DNA of 64,000 bases, taken from assembly GCF_009914755.1 (NCBI RefSeq), contig NC_060933.1; one strand, 5' to 3'. This document shows positions 14,401 to 29,270 of the stretch, piece after piece. A model generated the notes under the pieces. The model ran no database searches and was not told the DNA's origin. It saw only the letters and a list, made by a program, of their open reading frames with translations. The position numbers and the translations under genes are program-made. The number at the start of each line of letters is the position of its first letter. Position 1 is the first letter of the stretch. This DNA comes from the human T2T-CHM13v2.0 reference genome, Homo sapiens.

Positions 14401-17073
14401 TTCCATTCCATTACATTCGGATTGATTGTATTCAATTCCTTACACTCCATTACATTCCATTCCATTCGGGTTGTTTCCATTCCATTCCATTCCATTCCAT
14501 TCCATTCCATTGCACTCAGGTTGATTCCATTCCATTCCATTCCATTCCATTCCATTCCATTCCATTCCATTCCATTCCATTTCGTTCCATTCCATTCTAT
14601 TCCGTACCATTCCATTCCATTCCATTCCATTCCATGCCATTCCACTCGGGTTTATTCCATTCCTTTCCATTCCATTCGGGTTGAATCCATTCCATTCCAT
14701 TCCATTCCATTCCATTCCATTCCATTGCACTCGGGTTGATTCCATTCCATTCCCTGCCATTCCATTTCATTCCATTCCATTCCATTCCATTGCATTCCAT
14801 TCCATTCCGTTCCATTCCATTCCATTACATTCGGATTGATTGTATTCAATTCCCTTATACTCCATTACATTCCATTCAATTCGTGTTGTTTCCGTTCCAT
14901 TACATTCCCTTCCACTCCATTCCATTGCACTCAGGTTGATTCCATTCCATTCCATTCCATTCCATTCCATTCCATTCCATTTCGTTCCATTCCATTCTAT
15001 TCCCTACCATTCCATTCCATTCCATTCCATTCCATGCCAATCCACTCGGGTTTATTCCATTCCTTTCCATTCCATTCGGGTTGAATCCATTCCATTCCAT
15101 TCCATTCCATTCCATTCCATTCCATTCCATTCCATTCCCCTGCAATCGGGTGGATTCCATTCTATTCCATTCCATTCCTTTCCATTCCATTCCATTCCAT
15201 TCCATTTCGTTCCATTCCATTCTATTCCGTACCATTCCTTTCCATTCCATTCCATTCCATTCCATGCCATGCCATTCCACTCGGGTTGATTCCATTCCTT
15301 TCCATTCCATTCTAGTTGAATCCATTCCATTGCATTCCATTCCATTCGATTCCATTCAATTGCAAACGGGTTCATTCCATTCCATTCCATTCCATTCCAT
15401 TTCGTTCCATTCCATTCTATTCCGTACCATTCCCTTCCATTCAATTCCATTCCACTCCATTCCATGCCATTCCATTCGGGTTTATTCCATTCCCTTCCAT
15501 TCCATTCGGGTTGAATCCATTCCATTCCATTCCATTCCATTCCATTCCATTCCATGCCATTCCACTCGGGTTGATTCCATTCTTTTCCATTACATTCGAG
15601 TTGAACCCATTCCATTCCATTCCATTCCATTCCATTCCATTCCATTCCATTCCATTCCACTCGGGTTGATTCCATTCCTTTCCATTCCATTCGGGTTGAA
15701 ACCATTCCATTCCATTCCATTCCTTTCGATTCCATTCCATTTCACTCGGGTTGATCCCATTCCATTGCATTCCATTCCATTCCATTGCATTCCATTCCGT
15801 TCCATTCCATTCCATTACATTCGTATTGATTCTATTCAATTCCCTTACTCTCCATTACATTCCATTCCATTCGGGTTGTTTCCATTCCATTCCATTCCAT
15901 TCCACTCCATTCCATTGCAATCGGGTTGATTCCATTCCATTCCATTGCATTCCATTCCATTTCATTCCATTCCATTCCATTCCATTCCATTCCGTATGAT
16001 TCCATTCCATTGCATTGCATTCCATTCCATTCCACTGCACTCGGTTGGATTCCATTCTATTCCATTCCATTCCATTCCATTCCATTCCATTCCATTCCAT
16101 TCTATTCGGGTTAATTTCATTCCATTCCCTTCCATTCTATTCCATTCCATTCCATTCCATTCCATTCCATTGAAATCGAGTTGATTCCATTCCATTCCAT
16201 TCCATTCCATTCCATTCCATTCTATTCGTGTTAATTCCATTCCATTCCATTCCATTCCATTCCCTTCCATTCCATTCCATTCCATTCCATTCCATTCCAT
16301 TCTATTAGGGTTAATTCCATTCCATTCCATTCCATTCCATTCCATTCCATTCCATTCCACTCCATTCCATGCCATTCCACTCGGGTTTATTCCATTCCTT
16401 TCCATTCCATTCGGGTTGAGTCCATTCCATTCCATTCCATTCCATTCCATTCCATGCCATTGCACTCGGGTTGATTCCATTCCTTTCCATTCCATTCGAA
16501 TTGAACCCATTCCATTCCCTTCCATTCCATTCCATTCCATTCCATTCCATTGCTCACGGGTTCATTCCATTCCATTCCATTCCATTCCATTCCATTCCAT
16601 TTCGTTCCATTCCATTCTACTCCGTAGCATTCCATTCCATTCCATTCCCTTCCATGACATTTCACTCGGGTTTATTCCATTCCTTTCCATTCCATTCGGG
16701 TTGAATCCATTCCATTCCATTCCATTCCATTCCATTGCGCTCGGGTTGATTCCATTCCATTCTATGCCATTCCATTTCATTCCGTTCCATTCCATTCCAT
16801 TCCTTTCCATTCCTTTCCTTTCAATTCCATTCCATTACATTCGGATTGATTCTTTTTAATTCCCTTACACTCCATTACATTCCATTCCATTCGGGTACTT
16901 TCCATTCCATTCCATTCCATTCCACTGCATTCTATTGCACTCGGGTTGATTGATTCCATTAGATTGCATTCCATTCCATTCCATTCCCCTGCACTCGGGT
17001 TGATCCCATTCCATTGCATTCCATTCCATTCCGTTCCATTCCATTCCATTCCATTCTGTTCAGGTTAATTCCA
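8451..17073 (+). repeat. HSat3 subtype-B domain (informal label)
   Basis: Rich in CCATGCCATTCCACTCGGGTT(T/G)ATTCC, CGGGTTGAATCC, GTTGAACCC, CACGGGTTCATT and GATTGATTGTATTC; lacks the GAATACATTCCCTCC marker. Repeated at about 19940-29260. Confidence 0.7.
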
Positions 17074-20000
17074 TTCCATTCCATTCCATTCCATTCCATT
17101 CCATTCCAATCTATTCCATTCCATTGCAATCGAGTTGAATCAATTGCATTTCATTCCATTCCATTCCATTCCATTCCATTCCATTGCAATCGAGTTGAAT
17201 CCATTGCATTTCATTCCATTCCATTCCATTCCATTCCATTCCGGAAGATTCCATTCCATTGCATTCCATTCCATTCCATTCCCCTGCACTCGCGTTGATT
17301 CCTTTCCATTCCATTCCATTCCATTCCATTCCATTCCGTTCCGTTCCGTTCCATTTCATTCCATTCCATTCCATTCCATTCCATTCCGTTCCGTTCCATT
17401 CCATTCCATTCCATTCTATTCGGGTTAATTCCATTCCATTCCATTCGATTGCAATCGAGTTGATTCCATTCCATTCCATTCCATTCCATTCCATTCCATT
17501 CCAATCGAGTTGATTGCATTCCATTCCATTACATTCCATTCCACTCCATTCCAGTCCTTTCCATTCCATTCCACTCGGGTTGATTCCATTCTATTACTTT
17601 CCATTCCATTCCATTCCATTGCAATCGAGTTGATTCAATTGCTTTGCATTCCATTCCATTCCATTCCATTCCGGATGATTCCATTCCATTGCATTCCATT
17701 CCATTCCATTCCCCTTCACTCGGGTTGATTCCATTCCATTCCACTCCATTCCGTTCCATTCCATTCCATTCCATTTTATTCGGGTTAATTCCATTCCATG
17801 CCATTCCATTCCATTCCATTCCATTCCATTCCATTCCATTCTATTACAATCGAGTTGATTCCATTCCATTCCATTCCATTCCATTCCATTCCATTCCAGT
17901 CCTTTGCATTCCATTCCACTCGGGTTGATTCCATTCTATTAGTTTCCATTCCATTCCATTCCCTTCCATTCCACTCTGGTTGATTCCATTCCTTTCCATT
18001 CCAATCGAATACATTCCCTCCTATTCCACTCGGATCGATTCCATTCCATTCCATTCCATTCCATTCCATTCCATTCCATTCCATTCCATTTCGTTCCATT
18101 CCATTCTATTCCGTACCATTCCATTCCATTCCATTCCTTTCCATTCCATTCCATTCCATTCCATTCCTCTCTTGTTGATTCCATTCCTTTCCATTCCATT
18201 CGGTTTGAAGGCATTCCATTCCATTCAATTCCATTCCATTCCATTCCATTCCATTCCATTCCATTGTACTCGGGTTGATTCCATTCCATTCCATTCCATT
18301 CCATTCCATTCCATTCCGTTGCATTCCATTCCATTACATTCGTACTGATTCTATTCAACTCCCTTACTCTCCATTACATTCCATTCCATTCGGGTTGTTC
18401 CATTCCATTCCATTCCATTCCACTCCATTCCATTGCACTCGGGTTGATTCCATTCCATTCCATTCCATACCATTCCATTCCATTCCATTCCATTCCATTC
18501 CGTTCCATTCCGTTCCATTCCATTCCATTCCATTCTATTCGTGTTAATTCCATTCCATTCCATTCCATTCCATTCTATTCGTGTTAATTCCATTCCATTC
18601 CATTCCATTCCATTCTATTCCATTCCATTGCAGTCGAGTTGAATCCATTGCATTTCATGCCATTCCATTCCATTCCATTCCATTCCGGAAGATTCCATTC
18701 CATTGCATTCCATACCATTCCATTTCCCTGCACTCGCGTTGATTCCATTCCATTCCATTCCATTCCATTCCATTCCGTTCCGTTCCGTTCCATTCCATTC
18801 TATTCCATTCCATTGCATTCCATTCCGTTCCGTTCCATTCCATTCCATTCCATTCTATTTGGGTTAATTCCATTCCATTCCATTCGATTGCAATCGAGTT
18901 GATTCCATTCCATTCCATTCCATTCCATTCCATTCCATTCCATTCCATTCCATTCCTTTCCATTACATTACGGATGATTCCATTCCATTGCATTCCATTC
19001 CATTCCATTCCCCTGTACTCGGGTTGATTCCATTCCATTCCATTCCAATCCATGCCATTCCACTCGTATTGATTCCATTCTTTCCATTCCATTCAAGTTG
19101 AATCCATTCCATTGCATTCCATTCCATTCGATTCCATTCGATTGCACTCGGGTTGATTCCATTCCATTGTATTCCATTCCATTCCATTCCATTCCATTCC
19201 ATTCCATTCCATTCCGTTCCATTCCATTCCATTACATTCGGATTGATTCTATTCAATTCCCTTACACTCCATTACATTCCATTCCATTCGGGTAGTTTCC
19301 ATTCCATTCCATTCCATTCCTCTCCATTCCATTGCACTCGGGTTGATTCCATTCCATTGCATTCCATTCGATACCATTCAATTCCATTCCGTTCCATTCC
19401 ATTCCATTACATTCGGATTGATTCTATTCAACTCCCTTACTCTCCATTACATTCGATTCCGTTCGGGTTGTTCCATTCCATTCCATTCCATTCCTCTCCA
19501 TTTCATTGCACTCGGGTTGATTCCATTCCATTCCATTCCATTCCGGAAGATTCCATTCCATTGCATTCCATTAAATTCCATTCCCCTGTACTCGCGTTGA
19601 TTCCATTCCATTCCATTCCATTCCATTGCATTCCATTGCATTCCATTGCATTACATTCCTCTGCACTCAGGTTGATTCCTTTCCATTCCATTCCATTCCA
19701 TTCCATTCTATTCGCGTTAATTCCATTCCACTCCATTCCATTACATTCCATTGCAATCGACTTGATTCCATTCCATTCCATTCCATTCCATTCCATTCCA
19801 TTCCATTCAAGTCCTTTCCATTCCATTCCACTCGCGTTGATTCCATTTTATTAGTTTCCATTCCATTCCATTCCCTTCCATTCCACTCTGGTTGATTCCA
19901 TTCCTTTCCATTCTACTCGATTGCATTCCCTTCTATTCCACTCGGATTGATTCCATTCCATTCCGTTCCATTCCATTCCATTTCGTTCCATTCCATTCTA

Positions 20001-23000
20001 TTCCATTCCATTCCATTCCATTCCTTTCCATTCCATTCCGTTCCATTCCATTCCATTCCATTCCATTTCTTTCCATTCCATTCTATTCCATACCATTCCA
20101 TTCCATTCCGTTCCATGCCATTCCACTCGGGTTGATTCCATTGTTTTCCATTCCATTTGGGTTGAATCCATTCCATTCCATTCCATTCCATTCCATTCCA
20201 TTCCGTTCCATTCCATTCCATTACATTCGTATTGATTGTATTCAATTCCCTTACACTCCATTACATTCCATTCCATTCGGGTTGTTTCCATTCCATGCCA
20301 TTCCATTCCACTCCATTCCATTGCAGTCGGGTTGATTCCATTCCATTCCATTCCATTCCCTTCCATTCCATTTCGTTCCATTCCATTCTATTCCATACCA
20401 TTCCATTCCATTCCATTCCATTCCATTCCATTCCATTCCATGCCATTCCACTCGGGTTGATTCCTTTCCATTCCATTCCATTCGGGTTGAAACCATTCCA
20501 TTCTATTCAATTCCATTCCATTTCGGATGATTGCATTCCATTGCCTTCCATTCAATTGCATTCCCCAGCACCCGGGTTGATTCCATTCAATTCCATTCCA
20601 TTCCATTCCGTTCCATTCCATTCCATACCATTCCATTCCATTCCATTCCATTCTATTTGGGTTAATTCCATTCCATTCCATTCCATTCCATTCAGTTTCA
20701 TTGCAATCGGGTTGATTCCATTCCGTTCCATTCCATTGCATTCCATTCCATTCCATTCCATTCCATTCCATTCCATTCCATTCCACTCGGGTTGATTCCA
20801 TTCCTTTCCATTCCATTCGGGGTGAAGCCTTTCCATTCCATTCCATTCCTTTCGATTCCATTCCATTGCACTCGGGTGGATCCCATTCCTTTGCATTCCA
20901 TTCCATTCCATTCCATTCCATTCCATTCCCTTCCATTCCATTCCATTCTATTCCATTCCATTCCATTCTATTAGGGTTAATTCCATTCCATTCCATTCCA
21001 TTCCATTCCATTCCATTCCATTCCATTCCTTTGCAATCGAGTTTATTCCATTCCATTCCATTCCATTCCATTCCATTCCATTCCATTCCATTCCATTCCA
21101 TTCAATTCCATTGAACTCGGGTTGATTCCATTCCATTCCATGCCATTCCATTTCATTCCAATCCATTGCCTTCCATTCCATTCCATTCCTCTGCACTCGG
21201 GTTGATTCCATTCCTTTCCATTCCATTCGATTCCATTCCATGCCATTCCACTCGGGTTGATTCCATTACTTTCCATTCCATTCGAGTTGAATCCATTCCA
21301 TTCGATTCCATTCCATTCGATTCCATTCCATTGCTCACGGGTTCATTCCATTCCATTCCATTCCATTCCATTCTGTTCCATTTCATTCCATTTCGTTCCA
21401 TTCCATTCTCTTCCGTACCATTCCATTCCATTCCATTCCACTCCATTCCATGCCGTTCCACTCGGGTTTATTCCATTCCTTTCCATTCCATTCGGGTTGA
21501 ATTCATTCCATTCCATTCCATTCCATTCCATTCCATTCCATTCCATTGCACTCGGGTTGATTCCATTCCATTCCATTCCATTCCACTCCATTCCATTGCA
21601 CTCGGGTTGATTCCATTCCTTTCCATTCCATTCCAGTTGAACCCATTCCATTCTATTCCATTCCATTCCATTCCATTCCATTCCATTCCATTGCACACGG
21701 GTTCATTCCATTCCATTGCATTCCATTCCATTCCATTCCATTCCATTTCGTTCCATTCCATTCTATTCCTTACCATTCCATTCCATTCCATTCCATTCCC
21801 TTCCATGCCATTTCACTCGGGTTTATTCCATTCCTTTCCATTCCATGCGGGTGGAATCCATTCCATTCCATTCCATTCCATTCCATTCCATTGAACTCGG
21901 GTTGATTCCATTCCATTCCATGCCATTCCATTTCATTCCATTCCATTCCATTCCGTTCCATTCCATTCCATTCCTTTCCGTTCAATTCCATTACATTCGG
22001 ATTGATTCTTTTTAATTCCCTTACACTCCATTACATTCCATTCCATTCGGGTAGTTTCCATTCCATTCCATTCCATTCCTCTGCATTCTATTGCACTCGG
22101 GTTGATTGATTCCATTCCATTGCATTCCATTCCATTCAGGATGATTTCATTCCATTGCATTCCATTCCATTCCATTCCCCTGCACTCGTGTTGATTCCAT
22201 TCCTTTCCATTCCATTCCATTCCGTTCCATTCCATTCCATTACATTCATACTGATTGTACTCAATTCCCTTACACTCCATTACATTCCATTCCATTCTGG
22301 TTGTTTCCATTCCATTACATTCCATTCTACTCCATTCCATTGCACTCAGGTTGATTCCATTCCATTCCATTCTATTTCGTTCCATTCCATTCTATTCCGT
22401 ACCATTCCATTCCATTCCATTCCATTCCATGCCATTCCACTCAGTTTTATTACATTCCTTTCCATTCCATTCGGGTGGAATCCATTCCATTCCATTCCAT
22501 TCCATTCCATTCCATTCCATTCCATTCCTTTGCACTCGGGTTGATTCCATTCCATTCCCTGCCATTCCATTTCATTCAATTCCATTCCATTCCATTCCAT
22601 TCCATTCCATTCCATTCCGTTCCATTCCATTCCATTACATTCGGATTGATTGTATTCAATTCCCTTACACTCCATTACATTCCGTTCCATTCGGGTTGTT
22701 TCCGTTCCATTACATTCCATTCCACTCCATTCCATTGCACTCAGGTTGATTCCATTCCATTCCATTCCATTCCATTCCATTCCATTCCATTCCATTTCGT
22801 TCCATTCCATTCTATTCCGTACCATTCCATTCCATTCCATTCCATTCCATTCCATTCCATGCCATTCCACTCGGGTTGATTCCATTCCTTTCCATTCCAT
22901 TCGGGTTGAATCCATTCCATTCCATTCCATTGCATTCCGTTCCATTCCATTCTCCTGCAATCGGGTGGATTCCATTCTATTCCATTCCATTCCATTCATT

Positions 23001-26000
23001 CCATTCCATTCCATTCCATTTCGTTCCATTCCATTCTATTCCGTACCTTTCCATTCCATTCCATTCCATTCCATTCCATTCCATGCCATGCCATTCCACT
23101 CGAGTTGATTCCATTCCTTTCCATTCCATTCTAGTTGAATCCATTCCATTGCATTCCATTCCATTCGATTCCATTCAATTGCACACGGGTTCATTCCATT
23201 CCATTCCATTCGATTCCATTCAATTGCACACGGGTTCATTCCATTCCATTCCATTCCATTCCATTCCATTCCATTCCATTCCATTTCGTTCCATTCCATT
23301 CTATTCCGTACCATTCCCTTCCATTCCATTCCATTCCACTCCATTCCATGCCATTCCACTCGGGTTTATTCCATTCCTTTCCATTCCATTCGGGTTGAAT
23401 CCATTCCATTCGGGTTGAATCCATTCCATTCCATTCCATTCCATTCCATTCCATTCCATTCCATTCCATGCCATTCCACTCGGGTTGATTCCATTCCTTT
23501 AAATTCCATTCGAGTTGAACCCATTCCATTCCATTCCATTCCATTCCATTCCATTCCATTCCATTGCTCACAGGTTCATTCCATCCAATTCCATTCCATT
23601 CCATTCCATTCCATTCCATTTCGTTCCATTCCATTCTACTCCGTACCATTGCATTCCATTCCATTCCCTTCCATGCCATTTCACTCGGGTTTATTCCTTT
23701 CCTTTCTATTCCATTCGGGTTGAATCCATTCCATTCCATTCCATTGCATTCCATTCCATTCCATTCCCCTGCAATCGTGTGGGTTCCATTCTATTCCATT
23801 CCATTCCATTCCATTCCATTCCATTCCATTGCATTCCATTCCATTCCATTTCGTTCAATTCCATTCTATTCCGTACCCTTCCATTCCATTCCATTCCATT
23901 CCATGCCATGCCATTCCACTCGGGTTGATTCCATTGCTTTCCATTCCATTTGGGTTGAATCTAATCCATTCCATTGCATTCCATTCCATTCCATTCCACT
24001 GCACTAGGTTTGATTCCATTTCACTGCATTCCATTCCATTCCATTCCATTAAATTCCATTCCACTCGGGTTGATTCCATTCCTTTCCATTCCATTGGTGT
24101 TGAATCCATTCCATTCCATTCCATTACTTTCGATTCCATTCCATTGCACTCGGGTTGAACCCATTCCATTGGATTCCATTCCATTCCATTGCATTCCATT
24201 CCGTTCCTTTCCATTCCATTACATTCGTATTGATTCTATTCACTTCCCTTACACTCCATTCCATTCCATTCCATTCGGGTTGTTTCCATTCCATTCCATT
24301 CCATTCCACTCCATTCCATTGCAATCAGGTTGATTCCATTCCATTCCATTCCATTCCATTCCGTATGATTCCATTCCATTGCATTCCATTCCATTCCATT
24401 CCCCTGCACTCGGGTGGATTCCATTCTATTCCATTCCATTCCATTCCACTCTATTCCATTCCATTCCATTCCATTCCATTCCATTCCATTCTATTCGGGT
24501 TAATTTCATTCCATTCCATTCCATTCCATTCCATTGCATTCCATTCCATTCCATTGAAATCAAGTTGATTCCATTTCATTCCATTCCATTCCATTCCATT
24601 CCATTCCATTCCATTCCATTGCATTCTATTCCGGTTAATTCCATTCCATTCCATTCCATTCCATTCCCTTCCATTCCATTCCATTCCATTCTAATAGGGT
24701 TAATTCCATTCCATTCCATTCCATTACATTCCATTGCAATCGAGTTGATTCCATTCCATTCCATTCAATTCCGGATGATTGCATTCCATTGCCTTCCATT
24801 CCATTCCATTCCCCTGCACTCGGGTTGATTCCATTCCATTCCTTTCCATTCCATTCCATTCCATTCCATTTCGTTTCATTCCGTTCTATTCCGTACCATT
24901 CCATTCCATTCCATTCCATTTCATTCCATTCCATTCCATGCCATTCCACTCGGGTTGATTCCATTCCTTTCCATTCCATTCGACTTGAATCCATTCCATT
25001 CCATTCCATTCCATTCGATTCCATTCCATTGCACTCGGGTTCATTCCATTCCATTCCATTCCATTCCATTCCATTCCATTCCATTCCATTCCATTCCACT
25101 CGGGATGATTCCATTCCTTTCCATTCCATTCGGGTTGAAACCATTCCATTCCATTCCATTCCTTTCGATTCCATTCCATTCCATTACATTCGGATTGATT
25201 CTATTCAATTCCCTTACACTCCATTACATTCCATTCCATTCGGGTTGTTTCCATTCCATTCCATTCCATTCCACTCCATTCCATTGCAATCGGGTTGATT
25301 CCATTCCATTCCATTCCATTCCATTCCGTTCCATTCCATTCCATTCCATTCTGTTCAGGTTAATTCCATTCCATTCCATTCCCTTCCATTCCATTCCATT
25401 CCATTCCATCCAATTGCAATCGAGTTGATTCCTTTGCATTCCATTCCATTCCATTCCATTCCATTGCATTCCATTCCATTAGATTCCATTCCATTGCATT
25501 CCATTCCATTCCATTCCCCTGCACTCAGATTGATTCCATTCCATCCCATTCCATTCCATTCCGTTCCATTCCATTCCATTCCATTCTATTCGCGTTAATT
25601 CCATTCCATTCCATTACATTCCATTGCAATCGAGTTGATTCCATTCCATTCCGTTCCATTCCATTCCATTCCATTCCATTTCGTTCCATTCCATTCTATT
25701 CCGTACCATTCCATTCCATTCCATTCCATTCCATTCCATGCCATTCCACTCGGGTTGATTCTATTGCTTTCCATTCCATTTGGGTTGAATCCAATCCATT
25801 CCATTCCATTCCATTCCATTCCATTCCATTGCACTAGGTTTGATTCCATTCCACTGCATTCCATTCCATTCTGTTCCATTCCATTCCATTACATTCGGAT
25901 TGATTGTATTCAATTCCTTACACTCCATTACATTCCATTCCATTCGGGTTGTTTCCATTCCATTCCATTCCATTCCATTCCATTCCATTGCACTCAGGTT

Positions 26001-28546
26001 GATTCCATTCCATTCCATTCCATTCCATTCCATTCCATTCCATTCCATTCCATTTCGTTCCATTCCATTCTATTCCGTACCATTCCATTCCATTCCATTC
26101 CATTCCATGCCATTCCACTCGGGTTTATTCCATTCCTTTCCATTCCATTCGGGTTGAATCCATTCCATTCCATTCCATTCCATTCCATTCCATTCCATTG
26201 CACTCGGGTTGATTCCATTCCATTCCCTGCCATTCCATTTCATTCCATTCCATTCCATTCCATTGCATTCCATTCCATTCCGTTCCATTCCATTCCATTA
26301 CATTCGGATTGATTGTATTCAATTCCCTTATACTCCATTACATTCCATTCAATTCGTGTTGTTTCCGTTCCATTACATTCCCTTCCACTCCATTCCATTG
26401 CACTCAGGTTGATTCCATTCCATTCCATTCCATTCCATTCCATTCCATTCCATTTCGTTCCATTCCATTCTATTCCCTACCATTCCATTCCATTCCATTC
26501 CATTCCATGCCAATCCACTCGGGTTTATTCCATTCCTTTCCATTCCATTCGGGTTGAATCCATTCCATTCCATTCCATTCCATTCCATTCCATTCCATTC
26601 CATTCCATTCCCCTGCAATCGGGTGGATTCCATTCTATTCCATTCCATTCCTTTCCATTCCATTCCATTCCATTCCATTTCGTTCCATTCCATTCTATTC
26701 CGTACCATTCCTTTCCATTCCATTCCATTCCATTCCATGCCATGCCATTCCACTCGGGTTGATTCCATTCCTTTCCATTCCATTCTAGTTGAATCCATTC
26801 CATTGCATTCCATTCCATTCGATTCCATTCAATTGCAAACGGGTTCATTCCATTCCATTCCATTCCATTCCATTTCGTTCCATTCCATTCTATTCCGTAC
26901 CATTCCCTTCCATTCAATTCCATTCCACTCCATTCCATGCCATTCCATTCGGGTTTATTCCATTCCCTTCCATTCCATTCGGGTTGAATCCATTCCATTC
27001 CATTCCATTCCATTCCATTCCATTCCATGCCATTCCACTCGGGTTGATTCCATTCTTTTCCATTACATTCGAGTTGAACCCATTCCATTCCATTCCATTC
27101 CATTCCATTCCATTCCATTCCATTCCACTCGGGTTGATTCCATTCCTTTCCATTCCATTCGGGTTGAAACCATTCCATTCCATTCCATTCCTTTCGATTC
27201 CATTCCATTTCACTCGGGTTGATCCCATTCCATTGCATTCCATTCCATTCCATTGCATTCCATTCCGTTCCATTCCATTCCATTACATTCGTATTGATTC
27301 TATTCAATTCCCTTACTCTCCATTACATTCCATTCCATTCGGGTTGTTTCCATTCCATTCCATTCCATTCCTCTCCATTCCATTGCAATCGGGTTGATTC
27401 CATTCCATTCCATTGCATTCCATTCCATTTCATTCCATTCCATTCCATTCCATTCCATTCCGTATGATTCCATTCCATTGCATTGCATTCCATTCCATTC
27501 CACTGCACTCGGTTGGATTCCATTCTATTCCATTCCATTCCATTCCATTCCATTCCATTCCATTCCATTCTATTCGGGTTAATTTCATTCCATTCCCTTC
27601 CATTCTATTCCATTCCATTCCATTCCATTCCATTCCATTGAAATCGAGTTGATTCCATTCCATTCCATTCCATTCCATTCCATTCCATTCTATTCGTGTT
27701 AATTCCATTCCATTCCATTCCATTCCATTCCCTTCCATTCCATTCCATTCCATTCCATTCCATTCCATTCCATTCTATTAGGGTTAATTCCATTCCATTC
27801 CATTCCATTCCATTCCATTCCATTCCATTCCACTCCATTCCATGCCATTCCACTCGGGTTTATTCCATTCCTTTCCATTCCATTCGGGTTGAGTCCATTC
27901 CATTCCATTCCATTCCATTCCATTCCATGCCATTGCACTCGGGTTGATTCCATTCCTTTCCATTCCATTCGAATTGAACCCATTCCATTCCCTTCCATTC
28001 CATTCCATTCCATTCCATTCCATTGCTCACGGGTTCATTCCATTCCATTCCATTCCATTCCATTCCATTCCATTTCGTTCCATTCCATTCTACTCCGTAG
28101 CATTCCATTCCATTCCATTCCCTTCCATGACATTTCACTCGGGTTTATTCCATTCCTTTCCATTCCATTCGGGTTGAATCCATTCCATTCCATTCCATTC
28201 CATTCCATTGCGCTCGGGTTGATTCCATTCCATTCTATGCCATTCCATTTCATTCCGTTCCATTCCATTCCATTCCTTTCCATTCCTTTCCTTTCAATTC
28301 CATTCCATTACATTCGGATTGATTCTTTTTAATTCCCTTACACTCCATTACATTCCATTCCATTCGGGTACTTTCCATTCCATTCCATTCCATTCCACTG
28401 CATTCTATTGCACTCGGGTTGATTGATTCCATTAGATTGCATTCCATTCCATTCCATTCCCCTGCACTCGGGTTGATCCCATTCCATTGCATTCCATTCC
28501 ATTCCGTTCCATTCCATTCCATTCCATTCTGTTCAGGTTAATTCCA
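17074..28546 (+). repeat. Recent 11.5 kb tandem duplication, copy 2
   Basis: Near-identical to 5581-17073. The hybrid junction CTGTTCAGGTTAATT(CCATT)nCCAATCTATT at 17056-17115 joins the unit end (cf. 28529-28543) to the unit start (cf. 5613-5622). Confidence 0.95.
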
Positions 28547-28760
28547 TTCCATTCCATTCCATTCCATTCCATTCCATTCCATCCCATTGCAATCTAGTTG
28601 ATTCCATTGCTTTCCATTCCATTCCATTCCATTCCATTGCATTCCATTCCATTCCATTCCCCTGCACTCAGATTGATTCCATTCCATCCCATTCCATTCT
28701 ATTCCGTTCCATTACATTCCATTCCATTCTATTCGCGTTAATTCCATTCCATTCCATTCC

Positions 28761-29010
28761 ATTACATTCCATTGCAATCGAGTTGATTCCATTCCATTCC
28801 GTTCCATTCCATTCCATTCCATTTCGTTCCATTCCATTCTATTCTGTACAATTCCATTCCATTCCATTCCATTCCATTCCATTCCATTCCATTACATTCC
28901 ATTGCAATCGAGTTGATTCCATTCCATTCCGTTCCATTCCATTCCATTCCATTTCGTTCCATTCCATTCTATTCTGTACAATTCCATTCCATTCCATTCC
29001 ATTCCATTCC
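28761..29010 (+). repeat. 130-bp local tandem duplication
   Basis: Rare ATTCTGTACA at 28841-28850 and 28971-28980 with identical upstream modules. Confidence 0.9.
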
Positions 29011-29250
29011 ATGCCATTCCACTCGGGTTGATTCCATTGCTTTCCATTCCATTTGGGTTGAATCCAATCCATTCCATTCCATTCCATTCCATTCCATTCC
29101 ATTCCATTCCATTGCACTAGGTTTGATTCCATTCCGCTGCATTCCATTCCATTCCATTCCGTTCCATTCCATTCCATTACATTCGGATTGATTGTATTCA
29201 ATTCCCTTACACTCCATTACATTCCATTCCATTCGGGTTGTTTCCATTCC

Positions 29251-29270
29251 ATTCCATTCCGTGTGCAATG
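29251..29270. other. Strand-switch junction 1 (CATTC to GGAAT), 2-bp CC microhomology
   Basis: Junction reads ATTCCATTCC|GTGTGCAATG. The paralogous intact sequence at 31659-31672 is AACCCGTGTGCAAT, so CC at 29259-29260 can belong to either side. Confidence 0.9.

Larger units (their letters stand above)
5581..17073 (+). repeat. Recent 11.5 kb tandem duplication, copy 1
   Basis: Rare variants and the ORF track recur at offsets of 11493 to 11468 (e.g. ORFs 5642..5935 = 17135..17428; 7665..8366 = 19153..19854; 16416..16859 = 27889..28332). Confidence 0.95.
1..29260 (+). repeat. HSat3 block 1, C-rich (CATTC)n strand on +
   Basis: Top strand reads CATTC repeats from base 1 to ...CGGGTTGTTTCCATTCCATTCCATTCC ending at 29260. 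Confidence 0.97.
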
